Source: Anaeromyxobacteraceae bacterium (GTDB taxonomy: Bacteria; Myxococcota; Myxococcia; Myxococcales; Anaeromyxobacteraceae). Taken from it: a DNA stretch of 64,000 nucleotides. Where the stretch lies: NCBI GenBank assembly GCA_047602405.1, contig JASGHJ010000001.1:896001-960000 (forward strand). The letters are read 5' to 3'. The notes under the pieces are model-generated. The model saw nothing but the letters and a program-made list of their open reading frames with translations. It was not told the DNA's origin and ran no database searches. A program made the translations under genes and the position numbers. Within the stretch, counting starts at the first letter, position 1, and each line of letters starts with the position of its first letter. This document shows, piece by piece, positions 41,730-54,326 of this stretch.

Positions 41730-42344
41730 TCAGGGCGCCGCGCAGACACCCGCGGGGCAGGCCAGCCCGACCGCGCACTGCCAGGTGGCCGTGCAGTTCG
41801 CGCCGGCCGGCAGCCCGTCGAAGCGCTGGGCGGGGGCGGCCGGCAGGGCGGGCGCGAGGGCAGGCACGGGAGCGGGCGTCGCGGCCGGTGCCGCCGGCGG
41901 GACGGGCTGCGGCGCCGGCGTGACCGTGGGGCGCCAGTTCGGGTTGAGGGCACCGCACGCCTGCACGTTGCCGGTGATGCAGAGCGCGTTCTGGTTCTTC
42001 ACGGCCTGGCACTCCTGCGCCTTGCCGAACCCCGAGACCGCACTCGCGAGGCAGAGGGCGCCGAGGCCGAGGCTGAGGGCCATGCCACCGCCCTTGCCAT
42101 CCAGGCAGCTCTCCCCGGCGTAGGCGTCCTTGCAGTCCTTCATCCCGGCGATCACCGCGGTGTTCACGGCGAAGTAGCCCGTGCAGACGGAGTCGAGGAC
42201 CGGCGCGGCCGTCGAGCTCGTGCACTCGACCGGATAGTTGGGGGCGGGGACCGGGTCGGGTGCGCGCGACATGAACATGAACGAGCACCCGCCGCTCGGG
42301 ATCATCGTGAGCGCGAGCAGGACCGCGGTCGCCTTCCGGTGCAT
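41730..42344 (-). CDS. Cys-rich putative lipoprotein
   Basis: Signal peptide ending SGG-C; 13 Cys; Pro/Ala linker; terminal CTATWQCAVGLACPAGVC. Confidence 0.75.
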   Translation of the reverse strand: MHRKATAVLLALTMIPSGGCSFMFMSRAPDPVPAPNYPVECTSSTAAPVLDSVCTGYFAVNTAVIAGMKDCKDAYAGESCLDGKGGGMALSLGLGALCLASAVSGFGKAQECQAVKNQNALCITGNVQACGALNPNWRPTVTPAPQPVPPAAPAATPAPVPALAPALPAAPAQRFDGLPAGANCTATWQCAVGLACPAGVCAAP

Positions 42345-42480
42345 GGCTTCTCCCCCCGGCGGCAGGGTCCCATCTTCACGCACGGTGTTCGCTGACGGGG
42401 GTCAAGGGGCAGCGCCCGCGCCCTGCGGCATCTCGCCTCGAAGGGGCCGCGGGTACGTGTTCCGGACCCTCGCCCCGGCG

Positions 42481-43572
42481 TCACGCCACCCGGAACCGCT
42501 CGGCGTCGGCGCGGCGCAGCTCGAGCCCGTGGCCGGGCCGGTCGCGCTGCGGCGCGAGGAGCCCGTCGACCACGCGCGGCGCGCCCTCGATCAGCGCCGC
42601 CTCGAGCCGGGCGTGGTCGTGGAACCACTCGGCGTGCATCGCGCCCTCCACCGCGCAGAGCGGCGCCGCATGCAGCGCGGGCGCGCAGTGCGACGAGACC
42701 GGGACGTGGAACGCGGCGGCGACCGCGGCGGAGGCGAGGAACCCGGTCACGCCGCCGCAGCGGGTCAGGTCGAGCTGCAGCACGTCCACCGCGCCCGCCT
42801 CCAGCATCCGCCGGAAGTACCCCGGCCCGTGGCCGTACTCGCCCCCGGCGACGTCCATCCCGGGCGGCGCACGGTCGCGCAGGAGACGCATGCCCTCGAG
42901 GTCGTCGGTCGCCACAGGCTCCTCGAACCACACCACGCCCTCGCCGGCGAGGACCTCCGCGAGCCCGAGCGCCTGCTTCCGCGAGAGCGCCCCGTTCGCG
43001 TCCACCATGAGCCCGACGTCGCCGACCGTCTCGCGCGCGGCGCGCACGCGGCCAGGATCGGCGCGCGGGTCCCGGCCGATCTTGAGCTTCACCGCCGCGA
43101 AGCCCGCCCGCGCCCAGCCGCCGAGCTGGTCGCGGAGCTCCTTGTCGGTCATCGAGCAGAACCCGCCGCTCCCGTACGCGGGCACCGCCACCCGGGCGCG
43201 GCCGAGGAGCGCCGCGAGCGGCACCTCGAGGAGCCGCGCCTTGAGGTCCCAGAGCGCGACGTCCACCGCGCTGAGCGCCATGCCGCCGATCCCCTGCGTG
43301 CCCTGGTTGCGGAGCGCCGCGCGCGTCGCCCGGTGCGCCGCCTGGGGGTCGAGCGCGTCGAGCCCGCGGATGGTCGGGGCGAGCTTCGCGATGACCGGGG
43401 CGGCCGCGGCGTCGGCGTAGGTGTACCCGAATCCCCGCTTCCCGCCGCCCTCCACCTCGGCGGTGACGAGCGTCGTCGCCGTCCACTCGAGCGTGCCGTC
43501 CGACTCGGGCCGCTCCGTCGGGTACCGGTACGCCGCCGCGCCGAGCTTCTCGATGGTGGCCGCGGGCCGCAC
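42481..43572 (-). CDS. Enolase superfamily (mandelate racemase/MLE-like) enzyme
   Basis: SAVDVALWDLKA; KLK; MVDAN; FEEP; GGEY; SSHC. Confidence 0.9.
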   Translation of the reverse strand: MRPAATIEKLGAAAYRYPTERPESDGTLEWTATTLVTAEVEGGGKRGFGYTYADAAAAPVIAKLAPTIRGLDALDPQAAHRATRAALRNQGTQGIGGMALSAVDVALWDLKARLLEVPLAALLGRARVAVPAYGSGGFCSMTDKELRDQLGGWARAGFAAVKLKIGRDPRADPGRVRAARETVGDVGLMVDANGALSRKQALGLAEVLAGEGVVWFEEPVATDDLEGMRLLRDRAPPGMDVAGGEYGHGPGYFRRMLEAGAVDVLQLDLTRCGGVTGFLASAAVAAAFHVPVSSHCAPALHAAPLCAVEGAMHAEWFHDHARLEAALIEGAPRVVDGLLAPQRDRPGHGLELRRADAERFRVA

Positions 43573-43575
43573 CGC

Positions 43576-45354
43576 TCACCTCTCGTGCGGCAGGATCCCC
43601 TCGATGGCGTCGCGCCAGGAGCGCACGATCATCGCGCCGCGGTCGGGGTCGCCCCGCAGGATGGACTCGAGGTAGTGCTTCGCCTGCTCGCGCGTGATGT
43701 GCGGCGGGAGCGGCGGGACCGACGGGTCGGTGCGCGCCTGCACGAGGCACGGCCGGTCCGCGGCGAGGGCCGCGTCCCACGCCGGCGCGATGTCCTCCGG
43801 CTGGTCGATCCGCCGCGCGAGGAGGCCCAGCGACTCGGCGAAGCCGGCGTAGTCGACGGGCGGCAGGTCCTGGGAGGCCTCGAGCTTCGGCTGGCCGGTC
43901 ATCACCCGCTGCTCCCAGGTCACCATGTTGAGGTCCTCGTTCACGAGCACGAGCACCACGAGGCGCGGGTCCTTCCACCGTCGCCAGTACTTCGCGACCG
44001 TTACGAGCTCCCCCATGCCGTTCATCTGCATCGCGCCGTCGCCGGCGAGCGCGAACACCACCCGGTCCGGGTGCGCGAACTTCGCGCCGATCGCGTACGG
44101 CACGGCGGGGCCCATCGTCGCGAGGTTGCCGGAGAGGGACGCGAGCATGCCGTCGCGGATCTTGAGGTCCCGCGCGAACCAGTTGGCGGTCGTGCCGGAG
44201 TCGGCCGCGAGGATGCAGCGATCGGGCAGCCGCGGCGAGAGCTCCCAGAAGACGCGCTGGGGGTTCACCGGCCTCGCCGGGTTCATCGCCCGCGCCTCCT
44301 GCACCTTCCAGGAGCTCCTGACCTCGGCCTGGATCTGCTCGCGCCACGCCCGGTCCTCGTGGGGCCGCAGCAGCGGCAGGAGCGCCCGCAGCGTCTCGGC
44401 CGCGTCGCCGACGAGGTTCACCTCCATCGGGTAGCGGATGGAGAGCATCTTGCCGTCGAGGTCGACCTGGACACCCCGCGCCTGGCCCTCCTTCGGCAGG
44501 AACTCGGGGTAGGGGAACGACGAGCCGACCATGAGCAGCGTGTCGCAGTCGCTCATGAGCCGCCACGAGGCGCGCGTGCCGAGGAGGCCGATGGAGCCGG
44601 TGACGTAGGGGAGGTCGTCCGGCAGCACCTGCTTGCCGAGGAGGGCCTTCGCGACGCCGGCGCCGAGCCGCTCCGCGACCGCGCGCACCTCCGGCGCCGC
44701 CGACCGCGCGCCCGCGCCGACCAGCATCGCCGGCCGCTTCCCGGCGTTCAGCACCTCCGCGGCGCGGGCGAGGTCGCGCGCGGCCGGGACCACCCGCGGG
44801 GCGGACCAGCCCATCCCGCTGTGCACCGTCGAGTGCTCGTGCGGCGGCGCCTCGTAGGCGAGCTCCTGCACGTCGTTCGGGATGACGAGGCAGGTCACCG
44901 TCCGCTCCGCGAGCGCGATGCGGAACGCGCGGTCGACGAGGTGCCGGGCCTGCGCCGGGACCATCATGGTCTGCACGTAGGAGGCGGCGACGTCCTTGAA
45001 GAGCGACGGGAGATCGACCTCCTGCTGGTACGAGCCGCCGATCGCGGCGCGCGCCGACTGCCCGACGATCGCGACCACCGGCTGGTGGTCCATCCGCGCG
45101 TCGTAGAGGCCGTTCAGCAGGTGGATGGCGCCCGGGCCGGAGGTGGCCAAACACACGCCGGGCTCGCCGGTGAACTTCGCGTGCGCGCACGCCATGAAGG
45201 CGGCCATCTCCTCGTGCCGGGCCTGTACGAAGTCGACGCCTTCGACGTGGTGAAACGCGTTGAAGACCCCGTTGATGCCGTCGCCCGGGTACCCGAAGAT
45301 CCGCTTCACGCCCCAGGCCGCGACCCTCCGCAGCACGTACTCCCCTACCGTCAT
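43576..45354 (-). CDS. Thiamine-pyrophosphate enzyme (pyruvate oxidase/POX-like)
   Basis: FGYPGDG; ARHEEMAAF; TSGPGAIHLLNGL; GDGAMQMNG...N. Confidence 0.93.
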   Translation of the reverse strand: MTVGEYVLRRVAAWGVKRIFGYPGDGINGVFNAFHHVEGVDFVQARHEEMAAFMACAHAKFTGEPGVCLATSGPGAIHLLNGLYDARMDHQPVVAIVGQSARAAIGGSYQQEVDLPSLFKDVAASYVQTMMVPAQARHLVDRAFRIALAERTVTCLVIPNDVQELAYEAPPHEHSTVHSGMGWSAPRVVPAARDLARAAEVLNAGKRPAMLVGAGARSAAPEVRAVAERLGAGVAKALLGKQVLPDDLPYVTGSIGLLGTRASWRLMSDCDTLLMVGSSFPYPEFLPKEGQARGVQVDLDGKMLSIRYPMEVNLVGDAAETLRALLPLLRPHEDRAWREQIQAEVRSSWKVQEARAMNPARPVNPQRVFWELSPRLPDRCILAADSGTTANWFARDLKIRDGMLASLSGNLATMGPAVPYAIGAKFAHPDRVVFALAGDGAMQMNGMGELVTVAKYWRRWKDPRLVVLVLVNEDLNMVTWEQRVMTGQPKLEASQDLPPVDYAGFAESLGLLARRIDQPEDIAPAWDAALAADRPCLVQARTDPSVPPLPPHITREQAKHYLESILRGDPDRGAMIVRSWRDAIEGILPHER

Positions 45355-45424
45355 GGGTGGCCTCTGACCGAACCTAGGGATCGGCGTGCACCCGGGCCGG
45401 TTCGTGGCGACCGTGCGGACAGGC

Positions 45425-47230
45425 GTGAGGCACATCGAGGACTACGCCCTCGTGGGCGACATGCAGACGGCGGCCCTCGTCCACCGCGACGGGGCGATCG
45501 ACTGGCTGTGCCTGCCGCGCTTCGACTCCGACGCGTGCTTCGCGCGGCTGCTCGGGGACGAGGCGCACGGCACCTGGACGCTCGGCCCGGCGAACGGGCC
45601 CCCGCTCCGCCCGCCGGAGCGGCGCTACCTCGAGGACTCGCTCGTGCTCGAGACCGTGCACCACGCGCGCGGCGGCGACCTCCGGGTGCTGGACCTCATG
45701 CCGCCTCGCGGCGAGGAGCCGGATCTCGTCCGCATCGTCGAGTGCACGCGCGGCCGGGTGCGGGTCGAGTCCTCGCTCGTGCCCCGGTTCGCCTACGGGG
45801 CGCAGCTCCCCTGGGTGCGGGTCAGCCCGGGCAGGGCCTCGCTCGTCGCGGGCGGGGACGCGCTCGAGCTCGCGACCGACCTCGGTGGCGTGGCCTCCCT
45901 CGAGCGCTGGGAGGACGGGGTCGTCTCGGCGTTCGAGCTCGGCCAGGGCGAGCGGACGGCGTTCGTGCTCACGTGGCATCCCTCGCACCGGCCGGCGCCC
46001 CGCCCCGTCGACCCGCTGCGCGCGCTCGAGGAGACGCTCGCGTACTGGCGGGAGTGGTCGGCCCGCTGCACCTACCGGGGCCCGTGGCGCGAGGCGGTGG
46101 TCCGCTCGCTCGTGACGCTGAAGGCGCTCACCTTCGCGCCGAGCGGCGGCATCGTGGCCGCGCCGACGACGTCGCTCCCGGAGACGCTCGGCGGCGTGCG
46201 GAACTGGGACTACCGCTTCTCGTGGCTGCGCGACGCGACCTACACCCTGCTCGCGCTCCTGCGCGCGGGCTACGTCGAAGAGGCGGCGGCGTGGCGGGCC
46301 TGGCTCCTGCGCGCGACGGCGGGCCACCCGGCGCAGCTGCAGATCCTGTACGGCGTCGCGGGGGAGCGCCGGCTCACCGAGGTCGAGCTCCCGTGGCTCC
46401 CCGGCTACGCGGGCTCGCGGCCGGTGCGGATCGGCAACGCCGCCTGCGAGCAGCGCCAGCTCGACGTGTACGGGGAGCTGATGGACTGCCTCCACCAGGC
46501 GCGCCTGAGCGGCGCCGCCCCGGACGGCGAGGCCTGGGACTTCCAGCGCCGGCTCCTCGACCACCTCGAGGGGATCTGGCGCGAGCCGGACGAGGGCATC
46601 TGGGAGCCGCGGAGCGGCCGGCGGCAGCTCACCCACTCGAAGGTGATGGCGTGGGTCGCGTTCGACCGCGCGGTGGCGGGCGTGGAGCGGCTCGGGCTCA
46701 CGGGACCGGTGGAGCGCTGGCGGCGGGTGCGCGCGGAGCTCCACGCGGACGTGCTCGCGCACGGATTCGACGCCGCCCGCGGCACGTTCGTGCAGGCGTA
46801 CGGCGGCCACGAGGTGGACGCGGCCCTGCTCATGATCCCGCTCGTCGGCTTCCTGCCGGGGTCGGACCCGCGCGTGCTCGGCACGATCGCCGCCGTCGAG
46901 CGGGAGCTCAGGCCCGGGGCCGGGCTCGTGCGGCGCTACCGGTCCGGGCGCGCGCCGGACGGGCTGCCCCCGGGCGAGGGCGCGTTCCTGCCGTGCTCGT
47001 TCTGGCTCGTGGGGGCGCTGCGCATGGCGGGGCGGCACGCCGAGGCGCGCGCGCTCTTCGAGCGGCTGCTCGCGCTCCGGAACGACGTGGGGCTGCTCTC
47101 GGAGGAGTACGACGACGTGGCCGGGCTGCAGCTCGGCAATTTCCCGCAGGCGTTCTCGCACGTCGCGCTCGTGAACGCGGCCATGGGCCTCGCCGGCGGC
47201 GAGGACCAGGGGCCGCAGCGGCACGGGTGA
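45425..47230 (+). CDS. GH15 glucoamylase/trehalase-like glycoside hydrolase
   Basis: IEDYALVGD; AAPTTSLPE; RNWDYRFSWLRD; QLDVYGE; GIWE; LLSEEYD; GNFPQAFSH. Confidence 0.93.
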   Translation: MRHIEDYALVGDMQTAALVHRDGAIDWLCLPRFDSDACFARLLGDEAHGTWTLGPANGPPLRPPERRYLEDSLVLETVHHARGGDLRVLDLMPPRGEEPDLVRIVECTRGRVRVESSLVPRFAYGAQLPWVRVSPGRASLVAGGDALELATDLGGVASLERWEDGVVSAFELGQGERTAFVLTWHPSHRPAPRPVDPLRALEETLAYWREWSARCTYRGPWREAVVRSLVTLKALTFAPSGGIVAAPTTSLPETLGGVRNWDYRFSWLRDATYTLLALLRAGYVEEAAAWRAWLLRATAGHPAQLQILYGVAGERRLTEVELPWLPGYAGSRPVRIGNAACEQRQLDVYGELMDCLHQARLSGAAPDGEAWDFQRRLLDHLEGIWREPDEGIWEPRSGRRQLTHSKVMAWVAFDRAVAGVERLGLTGPVERWRRVRAELHADVLAHGFDAARGTFVQAYGGHEVDAALLMIPLVGFLPGSDPRVLGTIAAVERELRPGAGLVRRYRSGRAPDGLPPGEGAFLPCSFWLVGALRMAGRHAEARALFERLLALRNDVGLLSEEYDDVAGLQLGNFPQAFSHVALVNAAMGLAGGEDQGPQRHG

Positions 47231-47231
47231 G

Positions 47232-50200
47232 TCAGGCGCCCGCGAGGAGCATCGCCTCCGCGAGGTGCAGCGCGCGGCGGCCGGTGCCGTGCTCGATCTG
47301 CGTCCGGCAGGAGAACCCGTCCGCGAGGACGAGCCGGTCCTCGGGCGCGGCCCGCACGGCCGGCCAGAGCTTCCGCTCGGCGCAGGCGACGGAGACCCGG
47401 TACCGGTCGCCGGCCTCGAACCCGAAGGCGCCGGCCATGCCGCAGCAGCCCTCCTCGGGCCGCTCCACCCGGACGCCCAGCCGCGCGAGGACGCGCAGGT
47501 GCGGCCCCTCGTCGAGCACCGCGTGCTCGTGGCAGTGCACCTGGAGGAGCGCGGGCCGGTCGAGCCGGCCGAGCGGGAAGCCCGGGTCGGCCTCGACGAG
47601 CTCCGCGAGCGTCTTCACGGCGCCGGCGACGGCCCGCGCCCGCGGGTCGTCCGGGAACAGCTGGTGGGCCTCGTCGCGGAAGACCGCGGCGCACGAGGGC
47701 TCGAGCACCACGATGGGCCGCCCGGCGCGGGCCGCGGGCGCGAGCGCGGACAGGGCGTCGTCGAGCGTGCGCCGGGCGCGGTCGAGCCAGCCGTGGTCGT
47801 AGAGCGGCCGGCCGCAGCAGAGCGGCGTGTCCGGCACCTCCACCGAGTAGCCGCCGCGCTCCAGCACCGCGGTGGCCGCCCGGCCGACCTCCGGGTGGAA
47901 GTGGTTCGTGAAGGTGTCCGGGAAGAGGAGCGCGCGCCGGGCCTGGGTCGCCGCGAGCGGCGCGGCGACGGGCCCGCGGCGCCGCGCCTCGAACCAGCGC
48001 CGGAACGTCCGCGGCGCGAACGCGGGCACCGGCCGCGCCCGGGCCACGCCGGCGGCGAGCTTCCCGAGCGCCGAGACCCCCGGCGCCCGCGCGAGCGCGT
48101 TCACGAGCCCGGGCGCGAGCGCCGCGAGGTGCGCCCAGCTCGAGACGAGCCCCATCGCGTACGCCGCCCGGGGGCGCAGGCGCCCCGCGTACCGGTGCGC
48201 GAGGAACTCGGCCCGGTAGCTCGCCATGTCGACCTGCATCGGGCAGTCGCGCCGGCAGCCCTTGCACGAGAGGCACAGGTGCAGCGCGTCCTCGACCTCG
48301 CGCGCCTGCCAGCCGCCCTTCACCGGGTCGCCCACCAGCATCTCGTGGAGCAGCCGCGCGCGGCCGCGCGTCGAGTGCGCCTCCTCGCGGGTCACCCGGT
48401 AGCTCGGGCACATCACCCCGCCCTCGTCCCGGCGGCACTCGCCCACGCCCACGCAGCGCAGCACCGCGCGGCCGAAGGAGCCGTCGTCGTCGGGCCAGCG
48501 GAAGTGCGTCCGCGGCCGCGCCTCCTCGAAGCCGGGCCCGAGCCGGAGGTTGGCGGTGTTCGGGTGCGGGTCCACGACCTTCCCCGGGTTCATCTTCCAG
48601 TCGGGGTCCCAGATCCGCTTGAAGCGGCGGAAGGCGTCCACGAGCTCGGGGCCGTACATCCGCACGAGGAGCTCGCCCCGCGACTGCCCGTCGCCGTGCT
48701 CGCCCGAGAGCGAGCCGCCGAGCGAGGTGACGAGGTCGGCGGCCGCCTCGGTGAACCGGTGGTAGCGCGCGACGCCCTCGCGGGACGCGAGGTCGAAGGT
48801 GATCCGCGTGTGCACGCAGCCCTGGCCGAAGTGGCCGTAGAGCGCGCCCTGGTAGCCGAAGCGGTCGTAGAGGGCCCGGAGCTTCCGCAGGTACTCGCCG
48901 AGCCGCTCCGGGGCGACGGCGGAGTCCTCCCAGCCCTCCCACGTGTCGCGCTCGCCCGGCACCCGCGCGCTCGCGCCGAGGCCGGACTCGCGGATGCGCC
49001 AGACGAGCGCCTCCTCGCCGGCGTCCTCGTAGTGCTTCATCGACGGCGCGCCGCGGCCGCGCCGGAGGTGGCGCATCGCCTCCCGGGCGTGGTCCGCCGC
49101 CGCCCCGGCGTCCTCGCCGCCGAACTCCACGAGCAGCCAGCCGCGGCCGGGCGGCAACAGCCCGAGGTTGCCGGCGTGGAGCCCCTTCCTGCGCATGTCC
49201 TCGACGAGCACGTCGTCCATGGCCTCGAGGCCGATGGGGCCCGTGGCGCGCACGTCCGGCACCGCGTCCGCGGCGGCGAAGACGTCCGGGTAGCCGAGCA
49301 CCACGAGCGCGCGGCCGGGCGGGCTCGTCACGAGGCGCACCTCGGCCTCGAGCACGGTCACGCAGGTCCCCTCCGAGCCCACGAGCGCGCGGGCGAGGTC
49401 GAAGCCGCGCTCGTCGAGCAGCGCGTCGAGGCCGTACCCGGAGACGCGGCGGGGGATCCTCGGGTAGCGCGCCCGGACCAGCCCGCCGACGTCGCCGCGC
49501 AGCGTGTCGAGCGCGGTCACGATGCCGTCGAGGCGCGAGCGCCCCGCCTTCGCGCGGGCGAGCGTCGCCGCGTCCACCTTGCCGACCCACGCGTCGAGGC
49601 CGTCGTAGGTGAGGATCCGGAGGCGCTCGACGTTGTCGGCGGTGCGGCCGGCCATCTGCGAGTGCACGCCGCAGGAGTCGTTGCCGATCATCCCGCCGAG
49701 CGTGTTGTGCGTGTGGGTGGCCGGGTCGGGCCCGAAGGTGAGGTGGTGGCGCTCCGCGGCCCCGCGCAGCGCGTCGAGCACGACGCCCGGCTCCACGCGG
49801 GCGAGGCGGCGGTCCGGGTCGAGCGCCCGGATGGTGGTGAGGTACTTCGAGCAGTCGAGCACCACCGCGACGTTGCAGCACTCGCCGGCGAGGCTCGTGC
49901 CGCCCCCGCGCGGCAGCACGGGCGCGCCGTGGCGCCGGCAGACCGCGACCGCCGCGATGACGTCCTCGAGCGTGCGCGGCACCACGACGCCGATCGGCAC
50001 CTGGCGGTAGTTCGAGGCGTCCGTCGCGTACAGCCCGCGCGCGCCGGGGTCGAAGCGCACCTCGGCGCCGGTCTCGCGGCGCAGCTCCTCCTCGAGCGCC
50101 CGGGCGGCCTCGGGTGGAAAGGCCTCCCGCGCGCCGTACGGCACCTCCTCCGCCCGCACGCGGACCAGGGGCATGGCCGACGGGCCGATGCCGGGGATCT

Positions 50201-50234
50201 CGGCGCGCGTGCCCACGTCCGGGCCGCGTTCCAT
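47232..50234 (-). CDS. FAD-binding and Fe-S oxidoreductase (YdiJ/GlcD-GlcF-like fusion)
   Basis: PRGGGTSLAG; GEHGDG; CVGVGEC; CLSCKGCRRDCP; two CCG motifs; ADGFSCR. Confidence 0.92.
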   Translation of the reverse strand: MERGPDVGTRAEIPGIGPSAMPLVRVRAEEVPYGAREAFPPEAARALEEELRRETGAEVRFDPGARGLYATDASNYRQVPIGVVVPRTLEDVIAAVAVCRRHGAPVLPRGGGTSLAGECCNVAVVLDCSKYLTTIRALDPDRRLARVEPGVVLDALRGAAERHHLTFGPDPATHTHNTLGGMIGNDSCGVHSQMAGRTADNVERLRILTYDGLDAWVGKVDAATLARAKAGRSRLDGIVTALDTLRGDVGGLVRARYPRIPRRVSGYGLDALLDERGFDLARALVGSEGTCVTVLEAEVRLVTSPPGRALVVLGYPDVFAAADAVPDVRATGPIGLEAMDDVLVEDMRRKGLHAGNLGLLPPGRGWLLVEFGGEDAGAAADHAREAMRHLRRGRGAPSMKHYEDAGEEALVWRIRESGLGASARVPGERDTWEGWEDSAVAPERLGEYLRKLRALYDRFGYQGALYGHFGQGCVHTRITFDLASREGVARYHRFTEAAADLVTSLGGSLSGEHGDGQSRGELLVRMYGPELVDAFRRFKRIWDPDWKMNPGKVVDPHPNTANLRLGPGFEEARPRTHFRWPDDDGSFGRAVLRCVGVGECRRDEGGVMCPSYRVTREEAHSTRGRARLLHEMLVGDPVKGGWQAREVEDALHLCLSCKGCRRDCPMQVDMASYRAEFLAHRYAGRLRPRAAYAMGLVSSWAHLAALAPGLVNALARAPGVSALGKLAAGVARARPVPAFAPRTFRRWFEARRRGPVAAPLAATQARRALLFPDTFTNHFHPEVGRAATAVLERGGYSVEVPDTPLCCGRPLYDHGWLDRARRTLDDALSALAPAARAGRPIVVLEPSCAAVFRDEAHQLFPDDPRARAVAGAVKTLAELVEADPGFPLGRLDRPALLQVHCHEHAVLDEGPHLRVLARLGVRVERPEEGCCGMAGAFGFEAGDRYRVSVACAERKLWPAVRAAPEDRLVLADGFSCRTQIEHGTGRRALHLAEAMLLAGA

Positions 50235-50286
50235 GATCGAAGGTAGGGTGCTGCGGGGCCCGGAGCCCCGCCCGGCGGGGCCGGGC

Positions 50287-50982
50287 TCAGACCTTCGGGT
50301 TCTTCCCGTGCGACAGCACGAGGACGACGCCGGCGACCTCCTCGAGCACGAGCTCGAGGCGCGTCGCGACGTCCAGCTCCTCGAGCACCCGCTGGCGGGT
50401 CTCGGGATCCGAGACCGCGGCCGCGGTGACGAGGTCGGTGATGGCGGAGGGGTCCGTCATCTGCGCGACCGCCTCGGCGAGCTGCGGCGCGCCGGACTCG
50501 ACGGGCAGGCGGCGCGAGAGGTCGTAGACGATCTGGCGGAGCGCGTCGACCTCGTCGGCGAGCGCGCGGGGCCCGCCCTCCGGCCAGACGTCCTCGACGA
50601 TCTCGGCCCGGAAGCTGCGGTAGCCGCGCTCGGAGAGCGGGTGCTCCTCGAGCAGGCGCACCCGCGCGACGCCGCGGACGACGATGTCGAAGCGGCCGTC
50701 CGGGTAGCGCTCCTCGGCCTCGATGATGCCGGCGCCGCAGAGCGGCCGGAGCGGCGGGCGCTGCTCGTTCGCGCCGGCGCGCGAGACGAGCGCGGGCACG
50801 CACAGCACGCGGTTGCCCGCGAGCGCGTCGCTCACGAGCGCCCGGTACCTCGGCTCGAAGATGTGGAAGGGGGTCGGCGTGCCGGGGAGGATGGCCGCGC
50901 CGTGCAGCGGGAACACCCGGAGGGCGGCGCAGGCGCCTGCCAGCGCCGCCCTCGGATCCTTCGAGGCGAAGTCCTTCGCCAG
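50287..50982 (-). CDS. LON peptidase N-terminal (substrate-binding) domain protein
   Basis: VFPL...PFHIFEPRYRAL; DGRFDIVVRGVAR. The frame is open back to a CTG at 50982 behind GGAG; first canonical start is GTG 50916. Confidence 0.85.
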   Translation of the reverse strand: MAKDFASKDPRAALAGACAALRVFPLHGAAILPGTPTPFHIFEPRYRALVSDALAGNRVLCVPALVSRAGANEQRPPLRPLCGAGIIEAEERYPDGRFDIVVRGVARVRLLEEHPLSERGYRSFRAEIVEDVWPEGGPRALADEVDALRQIVYDLSRRLPVESGAPQLAEAVAQMTDPSAITDLVTAAAVSDPETRQRVLEELDVATRLELVLEEVAGVVLVLSHGKNPKV

Positions 50983-50991
50983 GACCGCTCC

Positions 50992-53472
<2,481 letters not shown>

Positions 53473-53565
53473 GCGGGACGGCTCCCCTCCGGAATTCGGA
53501 GAATCCGTGGAAAAACGGGTTGTTGCGGGGCAATAGGCCGCGCGAAGCCCAAACGGGAACGCCGG

Positions 53566-53595
53566 ATACTACAGGTGCGCTTCCCGGTATGGCAA
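53566..53595 (-). promoter_or_regulatory. Putative sigma70 promoter of hppA
   Basis: TTGCCA-N18-TAGTAT on the minus strand, about 94 nt upstream of the ATG. Confidence 0.55.
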
Positions 53596-53741
53596 GCGTC
53601 TACGGGAGCTTGGGACACTTCTTGGCGCAGGGCGCCGTCGACCGACGCATTCAGGCGAGCACCCCACAGTGGGGGATCCCCGCGTACCTCGCCGGGATTC
53701 CCGCGGATCACCGGACGGGCCGACCAGCGCGACGGCGAGTC

Positions 53742-54323
53742 CTAGAGGCCGGCCGCCGAGGGCTGGCCCGCGGCGGCGCCGGAGCCGGCGTCGAGGGCGG
53801 CGAAGTTGATGTTGAAGTAGCCGGCCACGCCCGCCGAGAACATCACGCGCTTCACGATCCGGAACGGGACCCCGGTGTCGGCCTGGATGTTCACCATGCC
53901 GTCCCACTTCTTGTTCGGGTCCTGCTGGTGGATGAAGTCCCAGCGCTTCTTCTCGTCGCGCAGCCGCTCCTCGAGGGCGGGGATGTTGAGGTAGCCGGAG
54001 TCCGAGTCGAGCTCGGCGATGTCCGCCACCTTCACGCCCGTGACCGTGAGCTGGTTCGGCGAGATGGCCACCACCGGCGCGATCTCGATGAGCTGCCCGT
54101 GCTGCGCGGTGGGGAGCTTGATGTCCTTCTGCATGTAGAGCACCTCGCCGGTGCTCGAGAACTGCTGCAGGAGGAAGATGACGAGCATCGTCATCATGTC
54201 GACCATCGGGACGACGTTGAGCTCCGCGTTGGTCGAGCGGTGGCCCTTCTCCATCTTGCCGCCGAGCACCTTCGACTTCGCGAAGCGCGGGGCGGGCCGC
54301 TTGCCGGGGGCGACGATCGGCAT
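53742..54323 (-). CDS. aglS: ExbD/TolR family protein, AglS-like
   Basis: LNVVPMVDMMTMLVIFLL TM with conserved Asp; IQAD; third gene of a TolQ-TolR-TolR triplet. Orthology inferred. Confidence 0.72.
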   Translation of the reverse strand: MPIVAPGKRPAPRFAKSKVLGGKMEKGHRSTNAELNVVPMVDMMTMLVIFLLQQFSSTGEVLYMQKDIKLPTAQHGQLIEIAPVVAISPNQLTVTGVKVADIAELDSDSGYLNIPALEERLRDEKKRWDFIHQQDPNKKWDGMVNIQADTGVPFRIVKRVMFSAGVAGYFNINFAALDAGSGAAAGQPSAAGL

Positions 54324-54326
54324 CGT

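Noticed and set aside
42238..47802. 1854-aa ORF on +
   Set aside because: Antisense or off-frame to the enolase, TPP and GH15 genes; a result of stop-codon scarcity in high-GC DNA.
53662..53674. CCCCAC-A-GTGGGG palindrome upstream of the hppA promoter
   Set aside because: Short and GC-rich, seen once; cannot be distinguished from chance.
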